Below are positions 59,311 through 64,000 of a stretch of DNA of 64,000 nucleotides, one piece after another. How positions within the stretch are numbered: the first letter of the stretch is position 1; each line of letters starts with the position of its first letter. A model generated the notes under the pieces. The model searched no databases. It had not been told where the DNA came from and saw nothing but the letters and a program-made list of their open reading frames with translations. This DNA is from the human T2T-CHM13v2.0 reference genome, Homo sapiens. The stretch lies in the NCBI RefSeq assembly GCF_009914755.1, contig NC_060936.1. The stretch is one strand, 5' to 3'. The translations under genes and the position numbers were made by a program.

Positions 59311-59800
59311 AAAGACTCTTTCCCCAACATTGACCTCCAAGCAAACTTTGTTGGGTTGTTCAAACCACTTTGTTTCCTGTAAGTGTTCATTGATTTCTGT
59401 GAGTGGATGATGGTTGATTACACACTTCATCCGTGATTAAACTGGGAAACGTCTGTTAAAAAGATTCAGTATAGTTTCTCTTTCCATGAATATATGGAAT
59501 TATATAGTGATTTTAACCTATATTGACCAAGATAACTTTGTGATCCAAATGGTCAGGTGTCATATTTAAAAAATATATGCATATAGTTTAAAGCAATTAA
59601 ATATCCTTACTCGATTTCTTATGCCGATATGTAAGAGTAGCAGCTGGTCATGAGGGTCCATCTTCTATGGCTCTTTCACATGTCTGTGTGTTTTGTGAAG
59701 CAAAGCATTGACTTCTCCTTGTTATAAACTATCTTTTGAAGGGTGCTTGTATAGTATAGTTAACAGCCTTGGACAACAGACATTGTATCTCCCTCTAGAA

Positions 59801-60012
59801 AAGGGGTGTCTAATCTTTTGGCTTCCCTGGGCCACATTGGAAGAATAATTATCTTCGGCCACAAATAAAACATACTCACTATAGCTGATGAGCTAAAAAA
59901 ATCTCAAAAAACCCTCATGATGTTTTAAGAAAGTTTACCAATTTGTGTTGGGCTACATTCAAAGCCATTCTAGTCCACATGTGACCCGTGGGCTGCAGGT
60001 TGGACAAGCTTG
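59801..60012. mobile_element. MER30 hAT-Charlie MITE
   Basis: aggggtgtctaatcttttggcttccctgggccacattggaagaa...ggttggacaagcttg, with an 8-bp TSD ctctagaa. Confidence 0.92.
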
Positions 60013-60047
60013 CTCTAGAACAGAGGGCAGATTTTCTTATTATTTTG

Positions 60048-60510
60048 TGTAGTAGGCAGTATAATGGCTCCCCAAATATGTCCATAGCTTAATCCCAGAA
60101 ACCTGTGAATACGTTACCTTGCATAACAAATGAAAATTTATGTTACAGATGAAATTAAGAATGCTGATCAGCTAAAGGACCTTCACATACAAAGGTTATC
60201 CTGGATTATTCAGGTGGGCTCAACGTAATCACAAGGATCCTTTAAAGTGGAAGAGTGAGGTCAGAGTGATGTGATGTGAAAAGCACTCAATTTGCCTTTG
60301 CTAGTTTTGAAGATGGAAGAATGGGGCCATGGTCCAAGGCATGCTGGTGACCTCTAGAAGCTGAAAAAGTTAAGAAAATGGAAAAGAAACTTCAGCGCAG
60401 TGAGGCCCAATTTGGACTTCTGACTCCAGAACTGCAAGATAATACATTTGTTTCCATTAAGCCACTAAGTTTGTGCTAATTTGCTATGGCAGCAACAGGA
60501 GACTAATACA
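60048..60510 (+). mobile_element. MLT1D-type MaLR LTR
   Basis: tgtagtaggcagtataatggctcc...ttatcctggattat...aagccactaagtttgtg...actaataca. Confidence 0.88.
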
Positions 60511-62063
60511 CCTTGGCAGGTAGAGGTAGTCCTCCTCTGGGGCAAACATATAAGCATGCTTACTATACAATATAATAAGGATGATGTCTCTTTCCAGGAC
60601 ATAGGCAGGCATGCTTATTTCCTGTTATAAAATATTCAGGTTTTCTAAGTTCAGTTTTTTGTTTTTTTGTTTTTTTTTTTGCTGGAACACAATTGACTGT
60701 GGATGCTGGTATTATCTAGCCCTATTTGCATCACCTTGCGGGTACTGGGGTTTGGAGGAATTGGCTCAGATGCTGATACCGTGGCTACTACTATTGTGGT
60801 GAGTAATAGCCTCTCATTTGCCTGTAATCCAGGAGTCTCACGTCTTCTCCCAGCATCCATAAACTCTAGCAGGGTAACTTGTTAGTTTGCAAGTAGGCCC
60901 TTCACGGTGTGCTCGTTTTAACGCACTTCTGCAAAATTTATTTTAAAATCTGCTAGACCAGGGCTAAGCAATTCTGTAATTATTACCTTCAAGATAGTGT
61001 TTGCTCTCTTTCCATACTTTAGAGGTGAAGTGTTACGATGTCTCTCTCTAACTTAACAAAGATCAGAGATCAGCTTACAATAAAATTAGAAATAAAAAAC
61101 AAAACAAGTTGTTTACCATAGTTTGAAAAGCATGTCTCTATTGACAATTTATGACTAGGGCAGGTACTAAGAAGTTCCCTGTCTTTTTTCTCATCTACAG
61201 AATTTTTTTACTGCCACATTTCTCCATTTATCTTTCTTTCTCCACGATGTGCTATTTGAAGAGAAAATCCTTGGGAATTAGTCTCTCATTCTTTTCTCAT
61301 GAGAAGCACTCCCCTCTCTGAATTTTTGGTGAATTAGATTTCTCTCTTAGCTATACCATGAAGGGCCCTGGCTTTTACAGCTACTTTCTTGTTTCTAGCT
61401 TGAACTCTGTGGCAAAAGTTAAGTCAGTGTGTCAGAAGTCATTTAGACCAAGGATTTTGTTTTACAGATGTGAAAACCAAGGCCTCTGATGACAAGAAGA
61501 GCTATTGCCTTGTTTAAGTTTCTCCTGACCTAACTACCTAGTGTTTTGGAGGAAATTGCCTTAGCCACTGTCAGCCCCCATCTTTCTGACACAAGGCCTG
61601 GCTCAGTTGCTAGTTTGGCCTAACATGATTGCTTCCCCTCAACAGCTCTAGAAATACAATTGTGAAATTGAAATTACTGTATTTGCAGGCTGACTCTGGC
61701 CAAAGAAACTGACCTGTGGATGAGTTGAAAATAAGCTTATAACCATGCTCGTTTTATAGTTAATTAACTTAGGGCACAGGTATTGAGAACCCAACATGTG
61801 CCAGGGCCTCTTGGGTACTGGAAAAATGCCTGGAGTGAGGCTGGGAGGGAAGCTTCCTAAAAGGTTGAGGAGGACTTTATTTGGGAAGAAACTGAGAGCG
61901 GGGTTCTGGGGACTGGACTGTGTGAGAGTTTGAGGACTCTAAAGAAAGGAGAATGTTATGGAATTGACCTTTGATTTTTTTTTTTTTAACCAGTAACTTA
62001 TCATTTTTTTCCACAGTCAGAAACGTGACTGAAACATTTCTTCCTCTTAAGAGGCATTAAGAG

Positions 62064-62388
<325 letters not shown>

Positions 62389-64000
62389 TTAAGAAACAGG
62401 AAGAAAAAAAGATCTTATGTCCATGCTCCTGGAAGTCACCAATAAATAATACGGGCCAGGGCTTTTTCTTTTCAGCAGTGGGCTGATTAAATCCTTATAC
62501 TTGTTCTGGGTTATATGTCTGAAATTTGTGTTCCTTTTGTTCTGAGGAGTACAAAATAATCAATTCCTCTAATGGAGATTGCCAGCTTGATTAATAGATA
62601 ATCCTAATGTGTTCTTTGTAAAATACATTATAAATGATCTTTAAAGTTGAAGGAAAGAAGATTGGGCCATGTAGAAATTTGGTTCTCAACAGAACCTCTT
62701 CTTGATTGAAGAAATATAAGCAAAGAGTTTTGTATATTTCGGTAAGGGTAGGTAGTCTATGCATTTTCTGTTCTGAGTATTACAAAAGGAAAAGGGAATA
62801 AAAGCTTCTGCATATAGCAGAGATAAACTCCAAAAGCAGGAGACCAGTGAAGCCCTGGATCACTGCACTCCTCCAGCCTTCAAGGAGCATGAAGAGGGTC
62901 CACATAACAACAGAAGATGCTTCAGAACAAATTATGAGTCCATAAGAGATAAATTAGTGTCTTTATTCGTTGCAAAGGAATGGTTATTATAAAAAAATCC
63001 CTGATGCTGTCTCTCAGACTGAACTTACGTATAGGCAGGAGAACACATGTAATTTATTGACTGATAAAACTGTAGGTAAGAATACATATGACTTCTATAA
63101 CTTGTATGAAAAATGAAACTACACTTAAATGTAGGAGCAGTTTATATTGTTTGATATTTAACTGGTTGAGTGGTTAACATATAATATTTAAAAAAATCTT
63201 CTTTTAGTAGGCAGTTTAATGCTTATGGTCTAATTTTTATTTGAAGACATTTTGCTACAGCAGAAACATAGTTGTGATTCATATACCTGCTCTTGATATT
63301 AGCCTGGCCGTTTGTCCTGTGACGCTTAAGCTAGTTACCACCATTTATTTGGTAACTGTTTCCAGAATTGAAGACATGATGCCTGGAAGGAGATAAACTT
63401 CAGGAGTTCACCTTTAAGCCTAAAAAGTACCAGCAAAATGCAATGACAGGATAAAAAGTTTGTCATAAATATTTTCACAAGATGGAAGACAAGAAAGCAA
63501 AGAGCAGCATAGAAAGAATGAAGGAATAAATAAAAATAAGTGAAAATGCTGCATTTTCTCTCATGGGATAGATTTTTCAACAACTCCTGAACTATGACCT
63601 CTCAAGTTCTTTTGCAGTTCTGTTCTAAGAAGTAATGAAATACATTTAATATTCCTGTCTTTTCACAACATTAATTCATTCCTACTTTAGCCTTAAGAAT
63701 TTTAGTAGAATCTATTGTTTATTCATGCGTATAAATATTGTGGAAAAATATCTTTAGATGAGTTAGTATATATGAGACACTTAGGCCAGGATTTGGCACA
63801 TGTCTGTACTTCATAAGTGTTTGTTATTGTTATTTTTTAACAAGAGTAAAAAAAGATCTTATGACGCATCTAATATCATTTAAGCTGTTTATGGTTAGTC
63901 CTTGGAATGCCTTCTGGTCAAAAGTTTCTGCAGCCCAGCACGACATTAATTTGAGTGCATTGAGCCGGTTTCCCAGAGGGCTGGATGACATTTTTGACTT

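Larger units (their letters stand above)
59650..60912 (+). mobile_element. LTR40-like ERVL LTR interrupted by MER30 and MLT1D
   Basis: 'actatcttttgaaggg...aacagccttgga' and 'caggagtctcacgtcttctcccagcatccat...aacttgttagtttgcaagtagg'. Confidence 0.75.

Noticed and set aside
59130-59333. 67-aa ORF with serpin-like LKLQIPRFKVKY
   Set aside because: The nucleotide sequence is better explained as a CR1/L3 fragment. No other serpin motifs are nearby.
62810-62995. Stop-free + strand stretch (RDKLQKQETSEALDHC...)
   Set aside because: Weak acceptor, no recognisable homology, and a length compatible with chance.

Overview
This is repeat-rich primate genomic DNA, almost certainly human: it carries an AluYa5 with all the diagnostic bases. 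It looks intergenic or deep-intronic. I see no CpG island and no protein-coding exon I can recognise. The only ORFs I can assign to a real protein are decayed L1 ORF2 pieces at 18910-20956. The rest are Alu read-throughs or chance ORFs. Much of the window is transposon-derived: about 30 Alus, L1PA/L1M/HAL1-like pieces, L2/MIR/CR1, MaLR/ERVL/ERV1 LTRs (several nested), and hAT/Tigger MITEs. Subfamily names come from my recall of consensus sequences, not from a computed alignment. I found no evidence for a new multi-gene biological system. The most interesting signals are: (1) an ancient ~1.65 kb inversion with inverted duplications at both breakpoints (27038-28967); (2) a tail-less 5'-half tRNA-Phe(GAA) retrocopy with a 13-bp TSD (22576-22641); (3) a perfect 23-bp-stem, pre-miRNA-sized hairpin (32572-32629) beside a HOX/MEIS-like motif cluster; (4) a TSD-flanked L1 whose 5'UTR is joined directly to mid-ORF2 (18680-21643); (5) a young AluYa5; (6) a ~650-bp palindromic AT-rich block; (7) a candidate 24-nt microexon with strong splice signals; (8) a probable retrocopied mRNA 3'UTR.
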